A stretch of DNA of 60,602 bases from an uncultured Oscillospiraceae bacterium (GCA_947629755.1 CANREY010000001.1:1-60602); one strand, 5' to 3'; positions 28,211 to 37,492 are shown, counted from the first letter of the stretch. Numbers and translations: made by a program. Notes: generated by a model from the letters alone, not told the origin.

Positions 28211-28972
28211 TCATATTAGACTTCTTATTATCGCGCGGTTCTCGGCAAAATCGAGGAATGCCGTATGTATCCCGATATTTCCCGCGATCTCAAGCTTCCT
28301 TCTAACGGAATTGGCGTCGTCCCACATGACGAGCCTCACCCGGTCCCGGTCGCGAAAGCTCGTGTAGTTCGCCTCGAAGCACTGAGAGTAGAATACTCTG
28401 TCTGGCGCTACGCCTCCGGGGACCGGGGAGGGGAGACGGGAGGGCAGGCTGCGGCGGGCGGGGAGGAGGAAATCGGCGGGCCGTGTGTCCAGCCGGAGGG
28501 CTATTTTCTCAGGGCCGTATTTGCCCGCAAGCAGGCGGAGCCTGTCGGAAAAGGGGGAGCTGTAACTCTGGGCGTTTATAAGGAGCCCACGTTTACCCGG
28601 CACGCCGCCGTAGCCCTCAGGCAGGTAAAGCGTGAGCCCGCGGGGCGCCAACCTGTCGGCCATGAGCTCCGAGAGCGAGAGCAGCGCCGGCGTGGGCCGA
28701 GGGAGATCAAGAACGACGCCGGAGAAGCCGTAAATGAGGCAAAAGCGAAGTATATTCTCAACCAGCGCCTCCTGGGGGCCGAAGCCCGTGAGGCCGTGAC
28801 AGGCTATCTCCACCAGCCTCTCGCCCCGGAGGGCCGGGAGCGGGCCGAGACGCGTGAGCTTAAGTCCCCGCGTCACCTCACAGGCCATGATGCTCACTGG
28901 CCCATAATTTATGGCCTCCGATGCCAGCTCAGGCGGCGCGGAGAGATAAATTTTAAAATCTTTCATGTACAT
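28211..28972 (-). CDS. Hypothetical protein with weak GH18 (YaaH/YdhD-like) TIM-barrel resemblance, catalytic DxE missing
   Basis: 253 aa. YGFSGVVLDLPRP sits where GH18 enzymes have (F/Y)DG(I/V)D(I/L)DxE. The C-terminal VMWDDANSVRRKLEIAGNIGIHTAFLDFAEN resembles the GH18 C-terminal strand pattern. This is similarity judged by eye only. Confidence 0.4.
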   Translation of the reverse strand: MYMKDFKIYLSAPPELASEAINYGPVSIMACEVTRGLKLTRLGPLPALRGERLVEIACHGLTGFGPQEALVENILRFCLIYGFSGVVLDLPRPTPALLSLSELMADRLAPRGLTLYLPEGYGGVPGKRGLLINAQSYSSPFSDRLRLLAGKYGPEKIALRLDTRPADFLLPARRSLPSRLPSPVPGGVAPDRVFYSQCFEANYTSFRDRDRVRLVMWDDANSVRRKLEIAGNIGIHTAFLDFAENRAIIRSLI

Positions 28973-29066
28973 TTCCTTATCAATGTGCTATAATATCCGC
29001 GTTAATGATCGCGGCTTGCGGTTTTATACGGTTATCACTACCAATCTATGCGTAAAGGTGCGTCAT

Positions 29067-29555
29067 ATGAGCTTTTTTCTCACTCCCGCCCTCAGATTTG
29101 AAAAGGCCACGGACATAAGGCCGGAGCTTTTAAATTCCATGGGCGTAAGCCTTCTCATTCTGGACGTTGATAACACCATCGCCCCTTACGGGCAGGTGAC
29201 GCTGGATAATCAGGTGCTGAGCTGGGCGGGGGAGATGAAGGCCGCGGGCGTGAAGCTCTACATAGTCTCAAATAACAAGGGCGAGCGGCCGGAGATATTT
29301 TCAAAGCTCCTTGACGTGCCCTACATAAAAAGGGCCGGAAAGCCCAGCCCACGGGGCGTGCGAAAGGCCCTTGAGAACGCCGGCGTGCCGCCGGAGCGGG
29401 CGGCGCTGGTGGGGGACCAGATATACACCGACACCATCGCGGCAAATTTAGCTAAGGTGAAGATGCTCCTTGTGGAGCCCATAAAATTCACAAATCCCTT
29501 CTTGGCAATAAGATATTTTTTTGAACTGCCCTTCAGGACGGGGAAAAAGTTATAA
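29067..29555 (+). CDS. YqeG-family HAD-IIIA phosphatase
   Basis: 162 aa after re-picking the start. HAD motif I LILDVDNT, motif GKP, and GDQIYTD. Confidence 0.8.
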   Translation: MSFFLTPALRFEKATDIRPELLNSMGVSLLILDVDNTIAPYGQVTLDNQVLSWAGEMKAAGVKLYIVSNNKGERPEIFSKLLDVPYIKRAGKPSPRGVRKALENAGVPPERAALVGDQIYTDTIAANLAKVKMLLVEPIKFTNPFLAIRYFFELPFRTGKKL

Positions 29556-29568
29556 GGAGTGTATCAAT

Positions 29569-30639
29569 ATGAACAACTTAAAAAAGATAAGCGCCGCTGT
29601 GAAGGCCAGTGATGCCGACGCCATATTCGTCACCAGCGAGCAGAACAGGTACTACGCTACGGGCTTCGCCTCCTCGGCGGGGGAGCTCATAATCTGCGGC
29701 GACGGCACCTCAGCCCTCTTTATCGACGCTAGGTACTTTGAGGAGGCCAGCCGGGAAATATCCGGGGCGGAGGTCATCTGCTCCAACGATAAGCCGGTCT
29801 ACGAGCTCATGAACGCCTTTTTCAAGGAGCATGGCATAAATAAGCTGGCGGTGGAGGAGGGCTCTTTGAGCTACGCCGCCTATACGAGGATCGACGCCAA
29901 GCTGGAGCCTGAGTTTGTCCCCGGTCAGGCCATACTCCGTGACCTGCGGGCCATAAAGTCCGACGAGGAGATGGAGTTTCTCGTCGGGGCCCAGAGGATA
30001 GCGGACAGGGCCTTTACGAACACCTTAAAGCTCATAACCCCCGACATAACGGAGCGCGAGCTGGCCGCGGAGCTCACATGCCAGATGCTCAAGGCCGGAG
30101 CTCAGGATAAGTCCTTTGACCCCATCGTAGTCTCCGGGGCCCTCTCCAGCGTCCCCCACGGCAAGCCCAGGGACGTAAAGCTCCAGCGGGGCTTTTTGAC
30201 CATGGACTTCGGCGCCCTCTATAAGGGCTACTGTTCAGACACCACACGCACCGTGGCCATCGGCGAGCCCACTGCTGAGATGGTGAAGGTCTACGACACC
30301 GTCCTTCGTGCCCAGCTTGAGGCCATAGGGGCGGCGAAGGCGGGCCTCACCGGAGCTCAGCTTGACGGCGTGGCGAGGAAGGTCATAGCCGACGCCGGGT
30401 ACGGGGAGTACTTCACCCACTCTTTGAGCCACGGCGTGGGCATCGACATACACGAGTACCCCAACTGCTCCCCCAGAAGCGAATGCGTCCTAAAGGCCGG
30501 GGACGTCATATCCATGGAGCCGGGCATCTACCTTCCCGGACGGTTTGGCGTGAGGATAGAGGACGTTATCGAGATAAAGGAGGACGGGTGCTTTGACCTT
30601 ACCGAGCTTCCAAAGGAGCTTTTGGTCTTCTGCGCCTGA
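29569..30639 (+). CDS. M24-family Xaa-Pro aminopeptidase/dipeptidase
   Basis: 356 aa with AAGGAG before the ATG. Metal-binding motifs DFGALYKGYCSD, HSLSHGVGIDIHE, EPGIY and RIED. Confidence 0.87.
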   Translation: MNNLKKISAAVKASDADAIFVTSEQNRYYATGFASSAGELIICGDGTSALFIDARYFEEASREISGAEVICSNDKPVYELMNAFFKEHGINKLAVEEGSLSYAAYTRIDAKLEPEFVPGQAILRDLRAIKSDEEMEFLVGAQRIADRAFTNTLKLITPDITERELAAELTCQMLKAGAQDKSFDPIVVSGALSSVPHGKPRDVKLQRGFLTMDFGALYKGYCSDTTRTVAIGEPTAEMVKVYDTVLRAQLEAIGAAKAGLTGAQLDGVARKVIADAGYGEYFTHSLSHGVGIDIHEYPNCSPRSECVLKAGDVISMEPGIYLPGRFGVRIEDVIEIKEDGCFDLTELPKELLVFCA

Positions 30640-30679
30640 TGATTTTCTCGGATAAGAGCGGGATTTAACATATTTTTTC

Positions 30680-30708
30680 TTGCATTATCCGCGAAAATGA
30701 TGTAGAAT
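30680..30708 (+). promoter_or_regulatory. Sigma-A-type promoter of efp
   Basis: TTGCAT (30680-30685), 17-nt spacer, TAGAAT (30703-30708). Confidence 0.45.
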
Positions 30709-30778
30709 GTCTTAGATGTATTTAAATCTGTTATAAAATCGCGTCTTTTCAGAATAATACCTACGGGAGGATAAAAAC

Positions 30779-31348
30779 ATGGCAACAATCACCGCCAGCG
30801 ATTTCAGAAACGGAAAGACCTTTGAGTACGAGGGCAAGCCCGTCGTAGTCGTGGAGTTCCAGCACGTCAAGCCCGGCAAGGGCGCGGCCTTCGTGCGCAC
30901 CAAGATGAAGAACCTCATCACCGGCGCCGTCACCGAGACTTCCTTCAACCCCACCGCCAAATTTGAGGAGGCCTTTGTTGAGCGCAAGGAGGCCGAGTAC
31001 CTCTATCAGGACGGGGACCTCTACTATTTCATGGATCCGGAGACCTACGAGCAGGAGCCCGTCAGCGGCAGTAAGCTTGGCGACAATTTCCGCTTCGTCA
31101 AGGAGAATATGATCTGCACCATCAGCTCCTACAAGGGCGACGTGTTCGCGGTGGAGCCCCCCAACTTCGTGGAGCTTGAGATCACCGACACTGACCCCGG
31201 CTTTGCCGGAAACACCGCCACCAACACCTTAAAGCCCGCCACGCTGGAGACCGGCGCCGAGATCAAGGTCCCCCTCTTTATAAACGTTGGCGACAGGATC
31301 CGCATAGACACCCGCACCGGCGAGTATCTTGAGCGCGCCAAGGGCTGA
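30779..31348 (+). CDS. efp: Elongation factor P
   Basis: 189 aa. [38 protein letters not shown] contains the conserved modified-Lys loop KPGKG. Confidence 0.96.
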   Translation: MATITASDFRNGKTFEYEGKPVVVVEFQHVKPGKGAAFVRTKMKNLITGAVTETSFNPTAKFEEAFVERKEAEYLYQDGDLYYFMDPETYEQEPVSGSKLGDNFRFVKENMICTISSYKGDVFAVEPPNFVELEITDTDPGFAGNTATNTLKPATLETGAEIKVPLFINVGDRIRIDTRTGEYLERAKG

Positions 31349-31449
31349 GCCCGTATTGATCCGTGGCGTTCGCTCCTCTCCGTATTTTGAATGGGCAGGG
31401 GCGTATAAATCTATCCCAAGGGCTGATATTTGAAAAGGAGGAATTTCAA

Positions 31450-31926
31450 ATGACACCTGCTGAGAAAGTGGCCTACATCAAGGGACTTATGGAGGGCATG
31501 GAGATGGACACCTCCAAGGGCGAGGGCAAGGTGCTGGCCGCCATTGCCGACGCGCTTGAGGATCTGGCTCTTGGCCAGGAGGACCTTCAGGACTCCATCG
31601 ACGAGCTCAACGAGGGCCTTGACGCCGTCTCCGACGATCTGGAGCTGGTGGAGGATCTTGTTTACAGCGAGGACGACGAGGACGACGAGTGCTGCTGCGG
31701 ACATCATCACCACGGCGACGAGGACGACGAGTATGAGTACGAGGTGGAGTGCCCGGCCTGCGGAGCCACCCTCATACTTGACGAGACCGACCTCGACCAG
31801 GGCGTTATCGAGTGCCCGGAGTGCGGCGAGACTCTTGAGCTTGAGCTCACCGAGGACGAGGGCGACGACGATGACGACGACGATTACGAGGAGTACGACG
31901 ACGAGGACCTTGAGCCTGAGGAGTGA
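31450..31926 (+). CDS. Highly acidic zinc-ribbon protein (conserved clostridial efp-neighbour; I recall the label CD1247 N-terminal domain family, unverified)
   Basis: 158 aa with AAGGAGG before the ATG. Helical N-terminus AEKVAYIKGLMEGME, a CCCGHHHH cluster, the CPACG...CPECG zinc ribbon, and a poly-D/E tail. Confidence 0.7.
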   Translation: MTPAEKVAYIKGLMEGMEMDTSKGEGKVLAAIADALEDLALGQEDLQDSIDELNEGLDAVSDDLELVEDLVYSEDDEDDECCCGHHHHGDEDDEYEYEVECPACGATLILDETDLDQGVIECPECGETLELELTEDEGDDDDDDDYEEYDDEDLEPEE

Positions 31927-32015
31927 TCCTAAGGGCGATCCCTTTGCGTCTCTCAAGTGAAAATCAATAACAAAAAGGCCGCCCGATGGACGGCCTTTTC
32001 GTGTGCTGGTGCTTT

Positions 32016-33887
32016 ATGATAGATCTTTCTGTACAAAAAATACGTATAGCCTTTGAAAAGGGCAACGATATATTGAAGGGCGTGACCTTCGACATAAACT
32101 CCGGGGAGCACGTTGGCATTCTTGGCCGGAACGGAGCGGGGAAGACCACCCTTTTTCGTATCATCTCCGGAGAGCTCGACTCCGACGAGGGTCAGGTCGT
32201 CACCGCCCCCGGCAAGCGCGTGGGCGTGCTGAGCCAGATACCGGTGTACCCGGAGCACTTCACCGGCGAGGACGTACTTCGTCAGGCCCAGAGGCGCATC
32301 GAGCGCATGGGGGAGGAGATGGAGGCGCTGGCCGGGAAAATGGCCGAGGGCGACTCAAGCTCCGACACCCTCCGGGCCTACGACAGGCTGTCGGCGGAGT
32401 TTCTGCGCCTTGGCGGCTATGAGCTTCAGCGCTTCAGGGACACTGTGGCGAACGGCCTTGGGATACCGAAGCTCCAGCGGGAACAGCCCTACTCGGAGCT
32501 GTCCGGCGGGGAGCGCACGCGGCTCAATCTGGCAAGGCTCATTTTGGAGGACACCGACATATTGCTCCTTGACGAGCCCACCAACCATCTGGACATGTCC
32601 GCCTCCGAGTGGCTTGAGGACTATATAACGAGGTTCAAGGGCACGGTCCTCGCCATCTCCCACGACAGATATTTTCTCGACAGGACCGTCAGCCGTATAA
32701 TCGAGATCGTTGACGGTATGCCTGAATTTTACAGCGGCAACTACTCCTTCTACCTTCAGGAGAAGGAGCGCCGCTATGAGGAGCGCCTTCGCCAGTACGA
32801 AAAGCAGGAGGCGAAGATAGCCCAGCTCCAGAAGGCCGCGGACGACCTGCATCTCTGGGCCTTTATGGGGGCCGACAAGCTCCACAAGCGGGCCTTTTCC
32901 ATTGAGAAGCGCATTGAAAAAATGCGCGTCACCGACAGGCCCAAAACCGAGGCCAAAATGCGCTCCCGCTTCGGGGAGCGGGAATTTCGCGGCGACGAGG
33001 TGCTTGTGGCAAAGGGGCTGTCAAAGTCCTTCGGCGACAAGCGTATAATCGAGAATACCGACCTTCTCATAGAGCCCGGAGAGGCCGTGGCCCTCATCGG
33101 CGACAACGGCACGGGAAAGTCCACGCTCATAAAGATGATAATGGGGGAGGAGCCCCAGGACGGAGGCTTTGTCCGCCTTGGCCCCGCGGTGAAGGCCGCC
33201 TATCTTCCCCAGACCGTGACCTTTGAGGACGGGAGCCTTTCGGTACTTGAGACCATGATGTACGAGGGCCGCTGTACCCAGCAGGAGGCCCGCGACAGGC
33301 TGGCGGCCTTCCTTTTCCGGGGCGAGCAGGTCTTCACCCCGGTGTCGGCCCTGTCCGGCGGGGAGAGAAGCAGGTTGAAGCTGTGTATGCTCATGCGCTC
33401 CGACATAAACCTCCTTATCCTCGACGAGCCCACGAACCACTTGGACGCCGCGAGCCGTGAGTGGATAGAGGAGGCCCTGTCCGACTACACCGAGACGCTT
33501 TTATTCGTCTCCCACGACAGGTATTTTATAAACCGCTTCGCCACCCGCATATGGGCAATGGAGAACGGCGAGCTTCACGACTACCGCATGGGCTACGAGG
33601 AGTACAGGGCCTACCTCGACCGCCAAAAGGAGCTCGCCCAGTCCGCGCCCGCAAAGTCGGAAAAGCCGAAAAAGGAGATAAAAAAGCCCGCCGCATCAAG
33701 GGAAAAGAGCCTTGGCAGGGTGGAGCGGGATATATCGAAGCTTGAGGAGAAGATCTCGGAAAACGAAAGGGCCCAGGAGGCCGCCGCCACGGATTACACA
33801 AGACTCATGGAGCTGACCTCGGAGCGTGAGGCTCTGGAAACCGAGCTCACAAGGCTCATGGAGGAATGGGAGGAGCTTGCCCAGTGA
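32016..33887 (+). CDS. ABC-F family ATPase (translation-associated, no transmembrane domain)
   Basis: Two ABC cassettes: Walker A GRNGAGKTT and GDNGTGKST, signatures LSGGERTRL and LSGGERSRL. An inter-domain linker and a C-terminal Lys/Glu coiled coil are present. Start at 32016 because 31986 lies inside the preceding terminator hairpin. Confidence 0.85.
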   Translation: MIDLSVQKIRIAFEKGNDILKGVTFDINSGEHVGILGRNGAGKTTLFRIISGELDSDEGQVVTAPGKRVGVLSQIPVYPEHFTGEDVLRQAQRRIERMGEEMEALAGKMAEGDSSSDTLRAYDRLSAEFLRLGGYELQRFRDTVANGLGIPKLQREQPYSELSGGERTRLNLARLILEDTDILLLDEPTNHLDMSASEWLEDYITRFKGTVLAISHDRYFLDRTVSRIIEIVDGMPEFYSGNYSFYLQEKERRYEERLRQYEKQEAKIAQLQKAADDLHLWAFMGADKLHKRAFSIEKRIEKMRVTDRPKTEAKMRSRFGEREFRGDEVLVAKGLSKSFGDKRIIENTDLLIEPGEAVALIGDNGTGKSTLIKMIMGEEPQDGGFVRLGPAVKAAYLPQTVTFEDGSLSVLETMMYEGRCTQQEARDRLAAFLFRGEQVFTPVSALSGGERSRLKLCMLMRSDINLLILDEPTNHLDAASREWIEEALSDYTETLLFVSHDRYFINRFATRIWAMENGELHDYRMGYEEYRAYLDRQKELAQSAPAKSEKPKKEIKKPAASREKSLGRVERDISKLEEKISENERAQEAAATDYTRLMELTSEREALETELTRLMEEWEELAQ

Positions 33888-34639
33888 AAAAATACGGAGC
33901 GTACCTTCTCGGCGCGGGCGTGTGCCTCATATTCGCCGCATTTTTCGCTTTCGCGCTGGTGGGATACAGATTTCTTGGGCTGTGCTTTCTCGCTTTGGCG
34001 GTGCTCATATTGGCCTTTGCCGCGCTCAAGGCGATGGGCGTAAAGCACCGCAAGGCCGCGAGAGGGATAAAAACCGCCATCTGGTGCCTTATCGCCGTCG
34101 CCGCCGTGGCGACAGTCATAACCGAGGCGTTCATAATCTCGGAGGCCACCGCCAAAAGGGCCTCCCCTGAGCCACAGACCGCCATAGTCCTTGGCGCGGG
34201 GGTCCACGGGACCGTGCCCTCAAGGTCCCTCAAAGCCCGCCTTAAGGCCGCCTTGGAGTACGCCAATGATAACCCGGACGCCCGTCTTGTCCTCTCCGGC
34301 GGACAGGGCAGGGGGGAGGACGTGACGGAGGCTCGTTGCATGTACGACTGGCTCGTATCCCGCGGCGTTTCGGGCGACAGGCTCATATTGGAGGAGCGGG
34401 CGTCCAGCACCGAGGAGAATCTTGAGTTTTCAAAGAAGATTCTGGACGGCATGGGCTATGCCGGCGGCGTGTGCGTCATAACCGCCGGCTACCACATAGC
34501 CCGCGCCAAGCTCATGGCCCGCGATGCCGGCTTCACCTCCGTCACCGCCCGCGGCCGCGCCACCGACATGCCCGTATTGGAGCTCAATTACTACCTTAGA
34601 GAGGCGCCGGGGATTTGGGTGTATCTGCTGACGAGATGA
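33884..34639 (+). CDS. YdcF/ElyC/SanA (DUF218) family membrane-anchored protein
   Basis: N-terminal TM segments followed by AIVLGAGV...LVLSGGQGRGEDVTEA...EERASSTEEN, typical of DUF218. The GTG start overlaps the ABC-F stop (GTGA), with GGGAGGAG upstream. The alternative ATG at 33866 is not excluded. Confidence 0.72.
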   Translation: MKKYGAYLLGAGVCLIFAAFFAFALVGYRFLGLCFLALAVLILAFAALKAMGVKHRKAARGIKTAIWCLIAVAAVATVITEAFIISEATAKRASPEPQTAIVLGAGVHGTVPSRSLKARLKAALEYANDNPDARLVLSGGQGRGEDVTEARCMYDWLVSRGVSGDRLILEERASSTEENLEFSKKILDGMGYAGGVCVITAGYHIARAKLMARDAGFTSVTARGRATDMPVLELNYYLREAPGIWVYLLTR

Positions 34640-34671
34640 CATATTAAAGGTTGCGCCTACGGCGCGAACCA

Positions 34672-34782
34672 AAAAGGGGAGGGTTTAGAACCCTCCCCTA
34701 CGGCGATTTTAGGAGATTTGCCCAAACAACCCGTAGGGGCGGGTTCCAAACCCGCCCACTCCTCGTCCCGCCCGCAGGCGAA
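34672..34782. repeat. G-rich hairpin repeat family 2, locus c
   Basis: GGGGAGGGTTTAGAACCCTCCCC hairpin, CCCAAACAACCC (compare GCCGAACAACCC at 21151-21162), GGCGGGTTCCAAACCCGCC hairpin, and the 21-mer CTCGTCCCGCCCGCAGGCGAA (34762-34782). Confidence 0.65.
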
Positions 34783-34787
34783 TTCAA

Positions 34788-34917
34788 TATTTTTCGCAAG
34801 GACATGTGCCTTGCGAAAAATCCCTCTTGTTTTGCGGAGTGTATGGCCCTTCGGGCCATGCGTGGAGCAAAACGGCAGAAAAAATTTCCGGAATTGGAAT
34901 TCCGGAAATTTTTTCGC
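34788..34917 (-). repeat. Multi-hairpin intergenic element, copy D (truncated: H4-H3-H2 only)
   Basis: H4 is ATTTTTCGCAAGGACATGTGCCTTGCGAAAAAT. H3 is GTTTTGCGGAGTGTATGGCCCTTCGGGCCATGCGTGGAGCAAAAC. The H2 position holds AAAAAATTTCCGGAATTGGAATTCCGGAAATTTTTT. The copy ends in TCGCACG (compare the conserved CCGCACGTTC linker). Confidence 0.8.
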
Positions 34918-34926
34918 ACGCATACC

Positions 34927-34957
34927 TGAAAAATAAAAAACCGCCTCAGCGGTTTTT
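34927..34957. terminator. Bidirectional terminator (ydcF-like + / carD-like -)
   Basis: AAAAATAAAAAACCGCCTCAGCGGTTTTTTATTTT. Confidence 0.7.
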
Positions 34958-34961
34958 TATT

Positions 34962-35489
34962 TTACCCGTTAAATTCCTCTCCGGCCTCCATCTGGGCGAT
35001 GGCGTTTTTGATGTAGGGGCCGACCTCGCTGCGGTCCATGCTGAGGGCCACGGCCAGCTCGCCGTAGAGCATATCCTCGGCCCGCTTCATGTACCGCTCG
35101 TCGATCTGCCCTAACTTCTTGCCCTGGGAGGTCACGTGCTGGCGCTTTAAGTAGACGTCCTTTATGAGCTTCACAAGCCCCGCGCAGCTATATGACTGTA
35201 TTGTCTGCTGATAGTGCTCCGTGAGAAAGCGGAGGTTTGAGTTTTCGTAGAGCTCCCCAGTGACCTTGGGCATGGTGCGGATAAGGTCGATGGCCTCGTC
35301 ACGGCTTATGACCGGGCGCATGAATACCGGGGTATCCACCGGGGCGAATACTCTTCCGGTCCTATATAGCGGCGACAGGGTATAGTAAAGCCTGTCCTTA
35401 TTGGCGCCGGACACATTGGGCGAGCCGATGTCCTCAACGACGCAGACGCCCTCCCCGCCGTAAACTATCATTTCCCCGGTCTCAAACAT
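34962..35489 (-). CDS. CarD/CdnL-family transcriptional regulator
   Basis: 175 aa from MFETGEMIVYGGEGVCVVEDIG (a CarD_TRCF-type N-terminal Tudor-like motif). The upstream in-frame extension in the track ORF is AT-rich and unlikely to be coding. Confidence 0.72.
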   Translation of the reverse strand: MFETGEMIVYGGEGVCVVEDIGSPNVSGANKDRLYYTLSPLYRTGRVFAPVDTPVFMRPVISRDEAIDLIRTMPKVTGELYENSNLRFLTEHYQQTIQSYSCAGLVKLIKDVYLKRQHVTSQGKKLGQIDERYMKRAEDMLYGELAVALSMDRSEVGPYIKNAIAQMEAGEEFNG

Positions 35490-35640
35490 AAGAATATCTC
35501 TCCCAAAACGCAGTAAAATTCGGATACAATGTACAATTCGTCCAATATGTAGTATATCATAGATTTTGCCCGAATGTAAGTAAAACTTTTCGTTTTTTTC
35601 AAAAAAAGCTTGCGTTTTTTGCGTATATGTGAAAATTGTA

Positions 35641-35669
35641 TTGCCTTTTGGGCCGTAAAAATCTATAAT
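35641..35669 (+). promoter_or_regulatory. Sigma-A-type promoter of the AKR-flavoprotein operon
   Basis: TTGCCT (35641-35646), 17-nt spacer, TATAAT (35664-35669). Confidence 0.5.
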
Positions 35670-35701
35670 AAAATATAATCTGTACAAATATGGAGGGGAA
35701 T

Positions 35702-36823
35702 ATGAAAAAACTGGGTTTTGGGCTCATGCGCCTGCCGGTGACGGACGAAAACGACCAGAAGAGCATCGACATGACCGAGCTTTGTAAAATGGTGGACACC
35801 TTCCTTCAGCGTGGCTTTACATACTTCGACACGGCCTACATGTACCACGACCACCAGAGCGAGATAGCCATTCGGGAGGCGCTGGTAAAGCGCCACCCCA
35901 GGGACAGCTTCACCCTGACGACTAAGCTCCCGGTGTCCATGTGCAAGGCCGAGGGGGACCAGGAGCGGATATTCGAGGAGCAGAGGCAAAAGTGCGGAGT
36001 GGAGTACTTTGACTACTACCTCCTGCATAACCTTAACAGCAGGAATATTGACACCGCCGAGAGGTTTGACGCCTTCGGGTTCCAGAAAAGGCTCCTTGCT
36101 GAGGGGAAGATAAAGCACATGGGCTTCTCCTTCCACGACAACGCCGAGACCCTTGACAAAATACTCACCGCCCACCCGGAGGAGGAGTTTGTTCAGCTCC
36201 AGATAAATTACTTGGATTGGGACTCTGAGCGCGTCCAGTCGAGGCTCTGCTATGAGACAGCCGTCCGCCACGGGAAGAAGGTCATAATCATGGAGCCCGT
36301 GAAGGGCGGGGCGCTGGCAAAGCTCCCTGAGGACGCGGAGGCGCTTTTGAGGGCCGAGGACCCGGAGGCGTCCATAGCCTCCTGGGCAATAAGGTTCGCG
36401 GCGGGACTTGACAACGTCCACGTGGTGCTCTCCGGCATGAGCGATCTTGCCCAGCTTGAGGACAACACCGCCTTTATGTCGGACTTCAAGCCCATAACGG
36501 GCGATCAGCGTGATAAGCTTTATAGGTGCGCCGAGATAATCAATAACTACGTGGCCGTGCCCTGCACCGCCTGCCGCTACTGCACCGAGGGGTGCCCAAT
36601 GGGCATCGAGATACCCGACATCTTCTCCATCTACAACGCCCACATGAAGGCAAAGCTCCTCCACTCCTGGGGGGATAAGTCAAAGGAGAAGTATCAGGAG
36701 TTCACGTCCACCCGCGCCAAGGCCTCCCAGTGCGTAAAATGCCGCCAGTGCGAGGGAATATGCCCCCAGCACCTGCCGGTGGTGGATACCCTTGCCGAGA
36801 TCGCCGGAATATTTGAAAACTGA
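35702..36823 (+). CDS. Aldo/keto reductase with C-terminal 2x[4Fe-4S] ferredoxin-like domain
   Basis: MKKLGFGLMRLP N-terminus and AKR core. C-terminal CTACRYCTEGCP and CVKCRQCEGICP cluster motifs. Confidence 0.85.
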   Translation: MKKLGFGLMRLPVTDENDQKSIDMTELCKMVDTFLQRGFTYFDTAYMYHDHQSEIAIREALVKRHPRDSFTLTTKLPVSMCKAEGDQERIFEEQRQKCGVEYFDYYLLHNLNSRNIDTAERFDAFGFQKRLLAEGKIKHMGFSFHDNAETLDKILTAHPEEEFVQLQINYLDWDSERVQSRLCYETAVRHGKKVIIMEPVKGGALAKLPEDAEALLRAEDPEASIASWAIRFAAGLDNVHVVLSGMSDLAQLEDNTAFMSDFKPITGDQRDKLYRCAEIINNYVAVPCTACRYCTEGCPMGIEIPDIFSIYNAHMKAKLLHSWGDKSKEKYQEFTSTRAKASQCVKCRQCEGICPQHLPVVDTLAEIAGIFEN

Positions 36824-36833
36824 GGTGAATAAA

Positions 36834-37457
36834 ATGAAGGTTTTACTTGTAAACGGAAGTCCCCACGAGAAGGGCTGTACCTACACCGCCCTCGCCGAGT
36901 GCGCGAAGGCCCTCAACGATAACGGCGTAGAGACGGATTTTTTCTGGCTTGGCACCGCCCCCATTGGCGGTTGCCGGGGCTGCGGCGGCTGCCGGAAGGC
37001 CGGAAAATGCGTCTTCGGCGGGGACAAGGTCACGGAATTTACGGACATCTGCGATAACTACGACGGCTTCATCTTCGGCTCCCCGGTCCACTACGCGGCC
37101 ATGAGCGGGGCCATGACGAGCTTCATGGACCGGGTGTTCTACTCCGCCGGCGGAAGGCTCCGCTCAAAGCCCGGCGCCGGGGTGGTCTCCGCCCGCCGCG
37201 GCGGCACCACGGCGGCTCTCGATCAGCTCCAGAAGTACTTCTACATAACCGGTATGCCCATTCCCACCAGCCAGTACTGGCCCATGGTCCACGGCAACAC
37301 CCCCGCCGAGGTGGCGGAGGATCTGGAGGGCCTTCAGACCATGCGCCTTTTAGGCGAAAATATGGCATGGCTTTTAAAGTGCATCGAGGCCGGGAAAAAG
37401 GCCGGGATAGATCCCCCCGAAAGACAGCAGAAGATAAACACGAACTTCGTGAGATAA
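36834..37457 (+). CDS. Flavodoxin-like NAD(P)H-dependent FMN reductase / iron-sulfur flavoprotein family
   Basis: MKVLLVNGSPHEKGCTY N-terminus, the compact Cys cluster CRGCGGCRKAGKC, and GSPVHY. Confidence 0.8.
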   Translation: MKVLLVNGSPHEKGCTYTALAECAKALNDNGVETDFFWLGTAPIGGCRGCGGCRKAGKCVFGGDKVTEFTDICDNYDGFIFGSPVHYAAMSGAMTSFMDRVFYSAGGRLRSKPGAGVVSARRGGTTAALDQLQKYFYITGMPIPTSQYWPMVHGNTPAEVAEDLEGLQTMRLLGENMAWLLKCIEAGKKAGIDPPERQQKINTNFVR

Positions 37458-37460
37458 GGC

Positions 37461-37492
37461 TTTTCCCCTCCGACCGGAGGGGAAAATTTTTT
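37461..37492 (+). terminator. Intrinsic terminator after the flavoprotein gene
   Basis: TTTTCCCCTCCGACCGGAGGGGAAAATTTTTT. Confidence 0.7.

Noticed and set aside
31660-31926. GA-rich, GAC/GAG-rich DNA at the 3' end of the acidic protein gene as a simple-sequence repeat or slippage tract.
   Set aside because: The codons are mixed (GAC/GAT/GAG/GAA) without a perfect repeating unit. It reads as low-complexity coding sequence, unlike the true 24-nt repeat at 45337-45480.
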